From Octopus sinensis (lineage: Eukaryota), in assembly GCF_006345805.1 (NCBI RefSeq), contig NC_043009.1, forward strand, positions 18,972,001 to 19,036,000: DNA of 64,000 nucleotides. The letters are read 5' to 3'. The notes below the pieces were generated by a model that made no database searches, had not been told where the DNA came from, and saw only the letters and a program-made list of their open reading frames with translations. Below, piece by piece: positions 49,590 through 60,824 of this stretch (position 1 is its first letter; every line of letters begins with the position of its first letter). A program made the position numbers and the translations under genes.

Positions 49590-50790
49590 AAACAACCTAT
49601 TAATAGCCTCTCCTTCGAAGTAGTCATCTGGTGTTCCTGTCACTTTTGGAATCCGGCCTGGAAGTTGTTTTCCGAAAGCGAGTAGAGAACTTTCTGCAAT
49701 TCGCTTTTGATTTCGACAACGGTGTTAAAACTTCGACCTTTGAACTGTATTTTAATCGTGAGGAAGAGATAGAAGTCCGCAGGTACTAAATCTGGGGCAT
49801 AGAGTGGGTACGGAAGCGATACCATGTTTTTGGTAAGAAACTCACGAGTCAGCAGAGCTCGGTGTCAGGGAGCATTTACGTCCTGAAGAATCTAAATGTT
49901 CGCGCTCCACAGATCCGGTCACTTTCGCCGAATGTCTTCCTTCAAACGCTTCAAAACGCTGCGCAATAAAACTCTCTTTACAAGTCTTTCACCAGCAGTA
50001 AGTTTATATCAAATTCAAAAAGATGCTGTCACATGCCCAAATGATGTTGGCTTCGAAGATGTCATGGTTACGCGGATGAAGATCTTGTTTCACGCGCAGT
50101 GTTGCTTGTTTATCAGGGCTAAGCTATTCCTTACGCTGCTTCATATTGATGTACAGGCATCATTGTTTGTCACCGGTAACGATTCGTTGCTTGTGTCCAT
50201 GATTTGAACGGTGACGAGCAAGCAAACCAACGGAGAATGTGGCTGGATGATTTTTGTTGTTGTTACTTAAAGCATGCGGAACCCCATGCTCCATACTTCT
50301 GAACCTTTCCCATCGAGTGAAGATGCTCCTCTATAGCAGTGTGGGAGCATTCCATTTTCTTTGCCAGTTGCCTTGTCGTGTGACGAGAATTTTTTGCCAA
50401 AGTTGGTTTAATTGCTCTTCATCGAACTCAACTGGATGGCCAGAACGAGGGGCATCTTTGAGGTCAAAATTTCCTTTTTGGAACTCTGCATACCCATCAC
50501 GAGCGGTTCTTTCAGCTATGGTACCCTCTCCATATACAGCACAAATGTCGCGAGTAGCTTTTGCGGCCTTAGAACTTTGATTAAAAGCAAAAAGAAGGCG
50601 GGGTCGAAAATGCTCGTTTTTCTTATTTTTTATTGATCTGAAAATAAGCAAAAATTAACTAAAATTAGCTAGAAAAAAATAGATTCCAAAATTATTCAAA
50701 TATAGAATTCTCGAAAGATTCCAAAATTTAAAAACGCAATAAATTCCAAAATTAAAAAAAAAAACCGCGGGAACTTAGTTGCCAACCCAA
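49590..50790 (-). mobile_element. Mariner relic, probably a composite of two subfamilies
   Basis: TA-TTGGGTTGGCAACTAAGTTC TIR at 50771-50792. N-terminal EHFRPRLLFAF..DAPRSGHP..WVPH..IVTGD. C-terminal LQDVNAP*H..YAPDLVPADF in a different sequence style. Confidence 0.85.
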
Positions 50791-50799
50791 TACTTCAGA

Positions 50800-51530
50800 A
50801 CAATTATTTCCGATTTGATGACACCTACTATCGTTAAAAATGCGGAATTGCGATGGGAAAGAAAGCAGCCCCTGTTCTTGTGAACCTGTAACGGATTGTT
50901 TTGAATTCACCATATATGAAGTGTCAATGTAAAAATATGGTTATCCATTTCACCATTATATATGTGAAAACTGGAAAAGATACTTGGATGACTGTTTTAC
51001 TATTTGGAAGGAGAGCATTGATAAACCTTTGTAATTCAAATCAGCATTAAATGATATAAACAGTAACATTCAATTCACAATGGAATATAGAAAAGAACAG
51101 CTCCCAATTTTGGATATCATGATAAAAAAAGGTCAATAACTGAATTATAACTGACATCTATCATGAACCAACGGATTCGAAGCAATATCTCCCTTTTAGC
51201 TCATGCCATCCGAAACATATCAAAATAAATATCCCATTTAATTTGGCAAAAAGTATTTACACAATAGTGTCTGATAGGCCTACTAGGGACCTTCGTCTTC
51301 AAGACCTCAGAACAACACTAACTGAAAGACAATATCCACCTTCACTTATAGACGATGGAATTAAGCGTGCCAAGAAATTAGACATAAAAACACTAAAGAC
51401 AGCAAAACATAACACCACACCTCATCTCAAAACACTACTGTATATATCAACTCACAACCCCAGAAACAATGAGGCATACAACACTATTGAGCAAAATCTT
51501 CCTTTACTAACTAGAGACCCAAAAACGAAC
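50800..51530 (+). mobile_element. Penelope-like RT/thumb fragment (Neptune-like type)
   Basis: GIAMGKKAAP; KRYLDDCF; LDIMI; DIYHEPTDSKQYLPFSSCHPKHIKINIPFNLAK..RQYPPSLIDDGI. Homologous to 57900-58105. Confidence 0.9.
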
Positions 51531-51552
51531 AATAACAATAATATACCGATGA

Positions 51553-53900
51553 TTAAGTAAATTGCAAAAGAATAATAAAAGCGTATATAATTGGTAGAAT
51601 AACGACAGGTGTTTCGTGGCTATATTTAAGAAGTGATTATAGTAAAAAAATTAATAGTAGTAGTAAAATCACTTCGATATAAATATAACCACTCATCAGG
51701 TTAAAAAAACTAGAATAATAAAATAATCAATTAATAAATATACTTTAATATATATATATATAAGATGCTAAATATACATTAAGTGAAAACTAAAAACAAT
51801 ACTTAAATTATTCAATACTTTAAAATTAATTAATATACACAATGCTAGTACAAGTCATTAATATTGTAATCAAAAGAAGAAATTGTTCAAATATAGACAA
51901 ACTCATTAAATAAGCTAACTATATAATTAATATATGTGTAGTATCTATAGATTTAATATATCACTCTATGATATAGTTGACTAAATATCAATCAATATAA
52001 TACATAATTATCTTAAATTTAATATTACTTAATAAATATACCACTTAATAATTAAACAATAAATTGTCTAACAAAATTAATTCTCAAATTAAATTAAACG
52101 TAATACGTTAGATCCCTTTATAAAAAAATCTAAATAAATAGACATAAGAATTAATATCTATCGTAACTTATAACTAACAATATATATAAAAATGATATAA
52201 TGGCGAGAATTATCTGCTAATGGAAAGTAAGAAACATTTAAGTCCCATAAATTAAAGAAAGGTGCAAAAATATTAGAACAAATGAACAATACACTATGAA
52301 GATTTTCAATCACAACCACCAGTCCACTACAAATCCAGTCAATAACAATAATAATAATAACGTTTAAGGTAATTAAATTCATTTAATCTAATAATGTATT
52401 TATCCAGAATAATTTTACTTAATTTACCTCAATCAGATTTACATGGACAAACCAATCTAACCTTAGGGTCAGCGTAAAAATTTTCTTTATGGTCTTTCAA
52501 AGTTATTCAACGGTGCATAGGTACATAAGGTTAAGTTTTATTATCCAAATTATATTTCATCATTATTAATTTAGAGGCTTTATTTATATTATAGAGTGTA
52601 TTTTCTGGAACAATTTTATATTTTTTATATATTTCTTTTTTTTAATAGGAAATCAATAAATTTAATACCTATTTTGTAGAGGTTCTTGGTTTTATCTGAT
52701 TCTACTATGATACCTTCCATATTTCGCATTTCTTTAATTTTAATAGCTAAATTTCTTAAATATTCGTTATGTTTATTAGGTTATTTATGAAATTTAATAT
52801 TTGTCACCTTCCAAATATTATCCTCTAAAATCTGTATTTCTCTATTATATGGGGGTTCTTTTCTAGATTTGAATTTAGAATTAATGTACTTATAAGTATC
52901 TACATCATTAATGTTGTTATTATTAAAATAGTAGGCTTTCCATTTAATTCTATTAATAAAATCCTTAATATTATTAATAGGTTATAAAATATATTTCTTT
53001 CTAGATGGTATAGGAATATCCTTCAAAGATGAATTCCAAAAGAGTGGTTCTATTTTACCTGTAAGTTCCATAACCGACAATAATGAGGGTAATTTCTCAG
53101 AAACGTTAGTTATAAATATAATAATAATAATTATTATTTGAGGGAATATTAATCCCAACTTACAGGATTATATATTGTTAGTTATAAGTTACGATAGATA
53201 TTCATTCTTATATCTATTTATTTAGATTTTTTATAAAGGGATCTAACGTATTACGTTTAATTTGAGATTTAATTTTGTTGCACAATATATTATTTAATAG
53301 GTGGTATATTTATTAAGTAATATTAAATTTAAGATAATTAAGTATTATATTGATTGATATTTAGTCAACTATATTATAGAGTGATATATTAAATCTACAG
53401 ATACTACACATATATATTAATTATATAGTTAGCTTATTTAATGAGTTTGTCTATATTTGAACCATTTCTTCTTTTGATTACAATATTAATGACTTGTACT
53501 AGCATTGTGTATATTAATTAATTTTAAAGTATTGAATAATTTAAGTATTGTTTTTAGTTTTCACTTAATGTATATTTAGCATCTTATATATATTTAAGTA
53601 TATTTATTAATTAATTATTTAATTATTCTAGTTTATTTTTAACCTGATGAGTGGCTATATTTATATCGAAGTGATTTTACTACTACTATTAATTTTTTTA
53701 CTATAATCACTTCTTAAATATAGCCACGAAACACCTGTCATTATTCTACCAATTATATATGCTTTTATTATTTTTTTGCAATTTACTTAATCTTCAGTAT
53801 ATTATTGTTATTTTAATTTTAATATTTCTCTTATATCTAATTTTCTAGATGGTGTAATTTAATTGTTCATTTTAAGTTGATAAAAGTTGTTTTTTTCTAA
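51553..53900 (-). mobile_element. AT-decayed Hydra-like PLE with inverted pseudo-LTRs (~630-bp arms 51553-52187 and 53170-53790)
   Basis: The arms are reverse complements. The spacer on the minus strand gives SLKDIPIPSRKKY..FINRIKWKAYYF..SDKTKNLY..TLKDHKENF..KVRLVCPCKSD*GKLSKIILDK. Confidence 0.85.
51600..51703 (-). ncRNA. Type I hammerhead ribozyme motif (GUC triplet) with a long stem II
   Basis: TAAC-CTGATGA-GTGGTTATATTT..AAATATAGCCAC-GAAA-CACCT-GTC-GTTA: 4-bp stem I, 12-bp stem II, intact core. The mirror copy at 53640-53743(+) has a mismatch in the first stem I pair. Confidence 0.75.
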
Positions 53901-53904
53901 TTTT

Positions 53905-53970
<66 letters not shown>

Positions 53971-53985
53971 CATGTATATATATGT

Positions 53986-54032
<47 letters not shown>

Positions 54033-54035
54033 CAC

Positions 54036-54084
<49 letters not shown>

Positions 54085-54701
54085 CACACATAAAGTGATA
54101 AACCCAGCGCACATGGACACACAGAACTCCTGATAAATACAACACACTTACACACACATACACATACATACATACATACCCACACACATACATATGCACC
54201 CTCACACACACATATGGTTGCTCAGATACACACACATTCACGTACACACACATAATATCCCCACCAACACAAAAGGACGCACAAGCATACACACGCACCC
54301 ACAGACGCACACATCGCACACGCGAACAAACACATACACACACTTGCACACACACAACATCCTAACAAATATTAATCACACACAAAGCAGGTCAGTTCAT
54401 CTAAAATTCTTTGTAAACTCCTTTTTCTGTGTATATATATAGATACTTCCAAACAAACATGATTTTTAATGAAATCCTAATATTTTTATCGAAATCTTTG
54501 TTTAATAATTTCTCAAGATTTTTCCTTATAAACTGTTTTTAACATTTTCTTATTATTAAAGAATGTATATATGTATTGTAATATTTTGTGACAACCAGTA
54601 CTTAACACAACAAAGCTCTTACAAAGCTTTGCATTTTACTTTTGACAATCTTTTTTTAAAAAAAAGTGAATAAACATCGTTAAAATTGCATTTTCAAACC
54701 T

Positions 54702-54744
<43 letters not shown>

Positions 54745-55017
54745 AGAAACTTTTAACGTTTTATATTTGAATATCAAGGATAATAATGATAAACATTGTT
54801 CTTGGTTTGACAGTTGTTGCTGGTTGCTATGCAGAATGTAACTCGTCCAAGTGTTCTCAAATCTTAAAATCATTCGAGTATCTTTCTTGCGTGTAAGTAT
54901 TTTTTGTTATTTCTCTCGAAGTTCAGCTACGTTTAAATTGGTTATACTTGTGCGCCCACAAATGGATAGACACACACACTCAAATACCGCGCGCATACAT
55001 ACACACACTCTTATACT

Positions 55018-55056
<39 letters not shown>

Positions 55057-55369
55057 CACACATACACACAATCTGCTGTCTTATGTTTGATTTATTCCAG
55101 TTTCAACAACTTGGGTTTGTACTTCAATTCGTTTGTTAAAAAATTTCACGCCAACGTCTAATATTTTTTGACGCGCCGTAATCATTCCAACCAGATGACA
55201 ACCTAATAATCAAAGTAAGAATTTAATGATGATTTAATGCACACTATCCCAGACACCTTTATGACAGCGACCTTAAACAGTTACTATTGCACGTGTAATC
55301 CTGTAATTCAGGACGAATAGATAACTGTTAGCAACCACTAAGTAAGAGCAGTTTGCTTATTTTGTTCAG

Positions 55370-56055
55370 TGTTGGGCCTTCCCATAAATAATGCGGTTTT
55401 TCAATTGCATGAACTAAAAATCGGGGTGGGGGACGGGATAAACTACCTGCTTATTCTTAATAAACTAATCCTTATTCTTAGTGCAATTTTGAAGAGTGCA
55501 GTTCGCTTTTAACAGTTATTTTATCTAAGCTATAGTGGAAGTGACAAAGGGTCATATTCGGAATATTTTGTTTTATGAGTTCAGTAAAGGTAACAATGCA
55601 ACGGAAAGTGCGAGGAATATTAATGCAGTATATGGGGATCGGACAATAAGCGTAAACCAGTGTCAGTGGTAGTTCCAGAAACTTCGAGCCGGAAACTACA
55701 GCCTCGTCCTGGAAGATCTGAAGAGCTCGACGAGGACATCCTGCAAGACCTGGTGAAACAAAATACCATCATAACTGTTGAGGAACTAGCAGAAAAGCTT
55801 GGATTTCGTCATTCAACCATTCATCGACACCTGCGTGCCATCGGAAAAGTCAGCAAATTGAGTCAACCGGTTCCTCACAAACTTTCCGAGTCTAATCGCG
55901 CGCAGAGAGTGAATTTGTGCTCTTCTTTCCTGTCACGTCTCACGAATGAACCTTTTTTGGACCAAATAGTGACTGGGGTGTGAAATAGATTCTCTATAAA
56001 AATGTCGAACGCCGAAGACAGTGGGTAAGGAAAGGAAAAACACCAGTACCCCAAG
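55370..56055 (+). mobile_element. Mariner 5' fragment
   Basis: HIRNILFYEFSKGNNATESARNINAVYG; RPGRSEELDEDIL..VPHKLSE..FLDQIVTG. Truncated after the first catalytic motif. Confidence 0.88.
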
Positions 56056-56059
56056 CAGA

Positions 56060-56380
56060 ATGACGGTCAACTCGTTCAAGGAAAGGTGTACACATCTGGC
56101 GTCATTCAGAAACATAAACAAAAAACCTGAAACAGCCCTGTAAAATATGATACGGACATTGAAAGAAGATGGAATAACCAGCCCCGGATAGAATGGAAAA
56201 TTATTGCTGAAGCCAAAAAATACAGAGGACGGGGTACCAAATGGGAACTCTATATTACTGAAAAATTAAACAGTATACAATCAACAGATAACATCCTAAA
56301 TATTAGGGATGTATCCTCCTCTCCCTGCAAAAGGAAGCAATATTTTACACACAAATATTTCAAAGAAGAGCCCCTATCCG
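56060..56380 (+). mobile_element. Hydra-like PLE endonuclease C-terminal fragment
   Basis: NSFKERCTHLASFRNINKKPETAL*..LKEDG; IEWKIIAEAKKY..ITEKL..ILNIR. Same layout as the endonuclease ends at 32.7 and 59.2 kb. Confidence 0.7.
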
Positions 56381-56855
56381 CGAGGGTAACCCCACCAAGT
56401 AGCCCCTTTCCTAAACGTGAACACACATAGCACACAAACTCCACACAAAGAAGAAATATGTGGCAATGATGAACAACCTCAGCACACAAGAATGAGAACA
56501 CCACAAAATAATGCAAACAAATTAACCACACAAAAAATCTTCCCCCAAAGCAATACAAAGGGAGATAAACATCCAAAAGATGCCACCCAAGAGCACTGTC
56601 CCTTGATTCATTGATTCAATGTCCCTGTATTCACCCGAATTTACGGACACTTCCGTGAACTAAATGAGACTGTTTTCCTAAATGGAGGCCAATCCTTTTC
56701 TCCATGTGATCGGCTTGAAAGATTAAGACACAAGGAAACTTTCCTACTTTTCTTAACATGAAAGCAATGATTGCTTTAATTAACAAATAAGGAAATTATA
56801 TCCACCAACGCGGTGTTGAGTCCTTATTTTATCGTTCTATATTTACGTATGCATA

Positions 56856-56962
<107 letters not shown>

Positions 56963-57132
56963 AATAGTAAAAAGTGAAAAAACTACAGAAGGCTTGTTTT
57001 AAAAGGTTAAAAAATATATATTTGAGTCATTATGTCAGAAGAATGTTATACATTTTTTTGATACAATGACATAGTTTTTGAAGAAATGACCGGTTTCGTG
57101 TTCAGCTTTTCAAATTTCTTACATCGTTATGT

Positions 57133-58105
57133 TTACGTTGAGAAGTGTAAAGAAGAGTTCCAGATAAGGGGATGTAATAAGTGATTTCCTCCGGTGTAAG
57201 GGAGATAATCGCTTAATATTTCTTGCCTTTTTTTGGGAGGTGAGTTTCTCTGTATAAGAATGTTGGAATGGTTAAGTTTGGGCTTATATTTTTCAATGAA
57301 GAATGTTTCCTTGTTTAGTCTAATTTGTGTTGATGATCCGAAAGCACATTGGTAAAATGGAAAGATTAAAAATTGTGGTAGTAGTTGCTTTGCGCATTTC
57401 TCAATGTGCTCACTAAAGGGTATCATTCTGTATTCTGGGAATGCAATCTGTTGTCGATGCAGTGTGCATCTACGTCTGAGTGATAGTCCCGTGGACCCCA
57501 CGTAGTTTTGGTAGCAGCCCGAGCATCTTATGACGTAAATTATGTTTTCAGAGGCACAAGTAAAATTAGATTTGATCTTGAATTTCTGTCCCTCTTTGAA
57601 GAGGAATTCTGATCCTTCTAGCAGGTTAGGACATGTTGCACAGTTCGGTCTACCACATTTTTTTACTTTTGCATCCGTAATTTCAGAAAACAATTTTGCC
57701 TTTGTGAGAATCTTTTTAAGTGATTTAGGTTGTTTGTTGCTTTTAATGATTTGGTGTATGTTTAGAATTTCTTTTAATTTGGGCTCCTTATGAAGTATTG
57801 GTAAATTCTGGGTGATGATGGTGAAGGCTTCTTTGTTTCTGGGGTTGTATGTGGATATGTAAGGTAGTATTTTCGGGGAAGGTGTGTTGTTGTGTTGAAC
57901 TTTTCTCAAAGTTTCTATGTCAATTTCTGTTGCACGTCTGATCCCATCCTCTATGAGTTGAGCTGGGTAATGTCTGTCAATTAGGGTGTTTTTGAGTTCT
58001 TGCAGTCTAAAGTTCCTGGTATTTTGTTCTGACACTATTGTGCATATCCTTCTTGCAAGGTTGAAGGGGATGTTTGTTTTAGTGTGTCTTGGGTGGCATG
58101 AATCA
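57133..58105 (-). CDS. Neptune-like PLE, 5'-truncated: thumb and complete CCHH-type GIY-YIG in one open frame
   Basis: DSCHPRHTKTNIPFNLARRICTIV continues in frame into ORF 57133-58035: CGRPNCATC, CASENIIYVIRCSGCYQNYVGST, RRRCTLHRQQI, FSEHIEKC, KETFFIEKYKPKLN. Bounded by (TA)n tracts. Confidence 0.92.
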
Positions 58106-58155
58106 ATATATATATATATAGGCAGAAGGTAATTTATATTGATCCGGCCCTTCCG

Positions 58156-59394
58156 ATGCCATCATTCGGTCATCAGGATAGGGCCGTATATAATAACATT
58201 AACATTTTAAGTAAGGACGGGAGCGCGGCGGATGCCGGGGTAGTCGCTCCCGCATTTAATTTAGCGAACAAGGATAATTATCGGTCCGGGAGGTCTTACA
58301 CTAACCCAAGACCCGTTATTCATCCGAGAATCACCCACCCGAATGCGAGAGCTGGCGTCCCGACCCATCACACTGATAGGAATAAGCATATATGGTTTGT
58401 AATCCCCTTTGGTAAGCAGATTAGAACTAACCTCCCCCTCATGTTTAGACAAGCCATCGCCAACAACTTCCCCAGAAATTCCAAATATTACTCCACGGTT
58501 AACTCACATAAAGTTAGGATAGCTTTCTCCAACACTAAAAACCTCGCCCAGATAATCGCCTCCCATAATAATAGGCTACTTACTAAGACCCTATCACCTT
58601 TTTCCGGAGGCACAGCCTCTTCCGCTCCCGGTTTAATGCTCAGTAGGAATAATTATAGTAGTAATAATGATATGAGAGCCAGTACAGTGACACATAATCT
58701 CAGCTCCAGCCAGGGAGTACCCACTAGGGGTATAGTTATAAATAGGGGTGTTGTGGTTGACGGTAACAATGGGAGTAGGGTAGAGAGCCCCATTAGCATC
58801 CCCAGCATCATTTCCCGCAATAGCAGTACCACGGGCAGTAGCAATGACAGCACTCTGATAGATAGTGGAGAATCAGGGGTTATTCCTATAGTTAATAGTG
58901 ACGTAATGGAAAATAGAGTAGTAAGCGGCTGCAGGTCTCGGAACGAATATAGTGACAGGAACGCAGTTCTAATTTCAGAAACTAATCCTAGCAGATTAAG
59001 ATTCACGTCGGCGAACTCCAAGATCAAAAACGCCGTCTACCAATGCAAGGTTTACACGGACTCAGATGCCTTCACTTATGTAGGGGCATCATCCTCAAGA
59101 TTGTCTTTGCGTGTCTCCAACCATTACGCAACTTTTCGGGACGTGAACAAGCGCCAGACCACGGGACTCAGTAAGCTAATATGGCGACTGAAGGATGCGA
59201 ACTTAAGCTATAGGCTGGAATGGTCAATTTTGTCGGTGGCCCTCCCATTTGATAGGGGCAGAAGACAGTGCAACCTTTGTGTCTCCGAACTCTTCCATAT
59301 TTTGTTTGCCAGAGGCCGGATGGTGAACGGGCTCTTACAGTCGGCTTTTCGATGCCCCCATTGGCGGCGTTACACTTATCTGGCCTTTAAATAG
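58156..59394 (+). CDS. 412-codon PLE thumb/linker/GIY-YIG-like endonuclease frame (open back to the 5' junction)
   Basis: RNKHIWFVIPFG..TN..NNFP..VNSHKVRIAFSNTKNLAQIIASHNNRLL; NAVYQCKV..YVGAS..RVSNHYATF..TTGLSKLIWRLKD..LEWSIL..QCNLCVSE..VN..CPH. No RT palm motifs in the retained part. Confidence 0.85.
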   Translation: MPSFGHQDRAVYNNINILSKDGSAADAGVVAPAFNLANKDNYRSGRSYTNPRPVIHPRITHPNARAGVPTHHTDRNKHIWFVIPFGKQIRTNLPLMFRQAIANNFPRNSKYYSTVNSHKVRIAFSNTKNLAQIIASHNNRLLTKTLSPFSGGTASSAPGLMLSRNNYSSNNDMRASTVTHNLSSSQGVPTRGIVINRGVVVDGNNGSRVESPISIPSIISRNSSTTGSSNDSTLIDSGESGVIPIVNSDVMENRVVSGCRSRNEYSDRNAVLISETNPSRLRFTSANSKIKNAVYQCKVYTDSDAFTYVGASSSRLSLRVSNHYATFRDVNKRQTTGLSKLIWRLKDANLSYRLEWSILSVALPFDRGRRQCNLCVSELFHILFARGRMVNGLLQSAFRCPHWRRYTYLAFK

Positions 59395-59998
59395 CGTTTA
59401 TAAATAATACCGGCACCCATAGCCCTTGGTAACAAATTCTGAAATAGCCTTTAAGATATCTACGATTAACCACTGCAAGGGGAATTACTCCTGTAAGACA
59501 AACGGGGCTTGGTTTTTTCACAGCGGGGGGTTTCCTTGACAAGGCAGGCTTAGATGAACACACACACACATAAAACATAATATATATATATTTTTAAAAA
59601 ATTTTTTTCTTTCTGCCACCCAACGGTTATCACGGCAGTAGCCACTGACAGCCGAACGATCAAACGCACACACGTACACAAAAAATGTTTTCTACCCCTA
59701 CGCCAACACACACATATATAGAACAGTATACGCACACACACGTCTCTAAGTAGATTTTTTCTCGCCCCTCATAAAACATCCAATATTCCTTAAATAGTCA
59801 GAACTTTATTCTCGGTCACAAAGAACATCTATACACCCTCACCCACATGATTGACCGATGCCTGACCCGTTGAATTCTTCAGCCACCGGTTCTCAACATA
59901 CAATGATAAACAGTTTCGCCATGGGCTCTTAGGAGCACAGTTCGATTTGTTTTTTGCTCCGCCTCTGTTCTGTTTTTGTTTTTCCAGCGGATTTCCTT

Positions 59999-60088
59999 TT
60001 TTCTTCCTGAAGAGAAAGACACAATATGGTCCCATTATTCAATCGGATTTTGGTAATTTGTGCCTTTCGAAACACGTGTAGAATGAAA
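59999..60088 (+). ncRNA. Type I hammerhead ribozyme (GUA triplet, palindromic stem III)
   Basis: TTTTCTTC-CTGAAGA(60007-13)-GAAAGACACAA..TTGTGCCTTTC-GAAA(60069-72)-CACGTG-TA-GAATGAAA. All core nucleotides present; stem II has 10 of 11 pairs; predicted cleavage after 60080. Confidence 0.85.
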
Positions 60089-60296
60089 TAAAACGATTTC
60101 TGTTCAATCTGCGTTCAGCTCCATTTCTTCAATTCACCAATAATGTTTTAATTTCAATTATCCGCACCAACGCACGGCTGCAACGCCAGATGGTTGTACC
60201 TCCAACCGTGCTGTTTACTGCTGTGATTTTTGCTACTAAGGTATCGGTTAAACTTTTGATTAATCTACTACAAGATTATTCATCTTTCTATTTCAC

Positions 60297-60354
<58 letters not shown>

Positions 60355-60529
60355 TAGTTTGATTTAAAAACCCCACTAGAATGCGAGAAAGCGCTAATAC
60401 ATGATCTAAGTTATATGATGTATAAAAAATGTAATATACAAATAAATATCTGTAAATATAAACCATCCGACTTTCTGAGTACCTCATTTCTTCTAATATA
60501 AAATACCTGTACATCATCTCCAAACCTTC

Positions 60530-60534
<5 letters not shown>

Positions 60535-60597
<63 letters not shown>

Positions 60598-60738
60598 ATA
60601 TATTTGTATGTATGTATGTATGTATGTATGTATGTATGTATGTATGTATGCATGCATGCATGTATGTATGTATGTATGTATGTATGTTTGTATGTATGTA
60701 TGTATGTATGTATGTATGTATGTATGTATGTATGTATG

Positions 60739-60821
<83 letters not shown>
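60535..60821. repeat. (TA)n-(TATG)n-(TA)n compound microsatellite
   Basis: Directly visible. Confidence 0.95.

Positions 60822-60824
<3 letters not shown>

Larger units (their letters stand above)
58121..60297 (+). mobile_element. Divergent Hydra-like PLE, 5'-truncated, with a 3' pseudo-LTR carrying a hammerhead; (TA)n on both sides
   Basis: (TA)n at 58106-58120 and 60298-60350; ORF 58156-59394; hammerhead at 59999-60088 in the same orientation. Confidence 0.85.

Noticed and set aside
55660-56380. Mariner transposase joined to a GIY-YIG C-terminus as a possible fusion protein
   Set aside because: The mariner frame stops at ..PQAE*, the PLE part is in another frame, and both parts contain stops.
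57070-57125. Hammerhead-like motif at the 3' end of the Neptune-like PLE (GAAA-CCGG-TC with an AAGAAAT/ATTTCTT stem)
   Set aside because: The core has decayed to TTGAAAA and stem II is not recoverable; at most a relic.
58156-59394. Natively RT-less, domesticated GIY-YIG host gene
   Set aside because: The frame is open up to the (TA)n junction and begins with thumb-like sequence, and a pseudo-LTR hammerhead follows. A 5'-truncated PLE is the simpler reading, though not proven without other copies.
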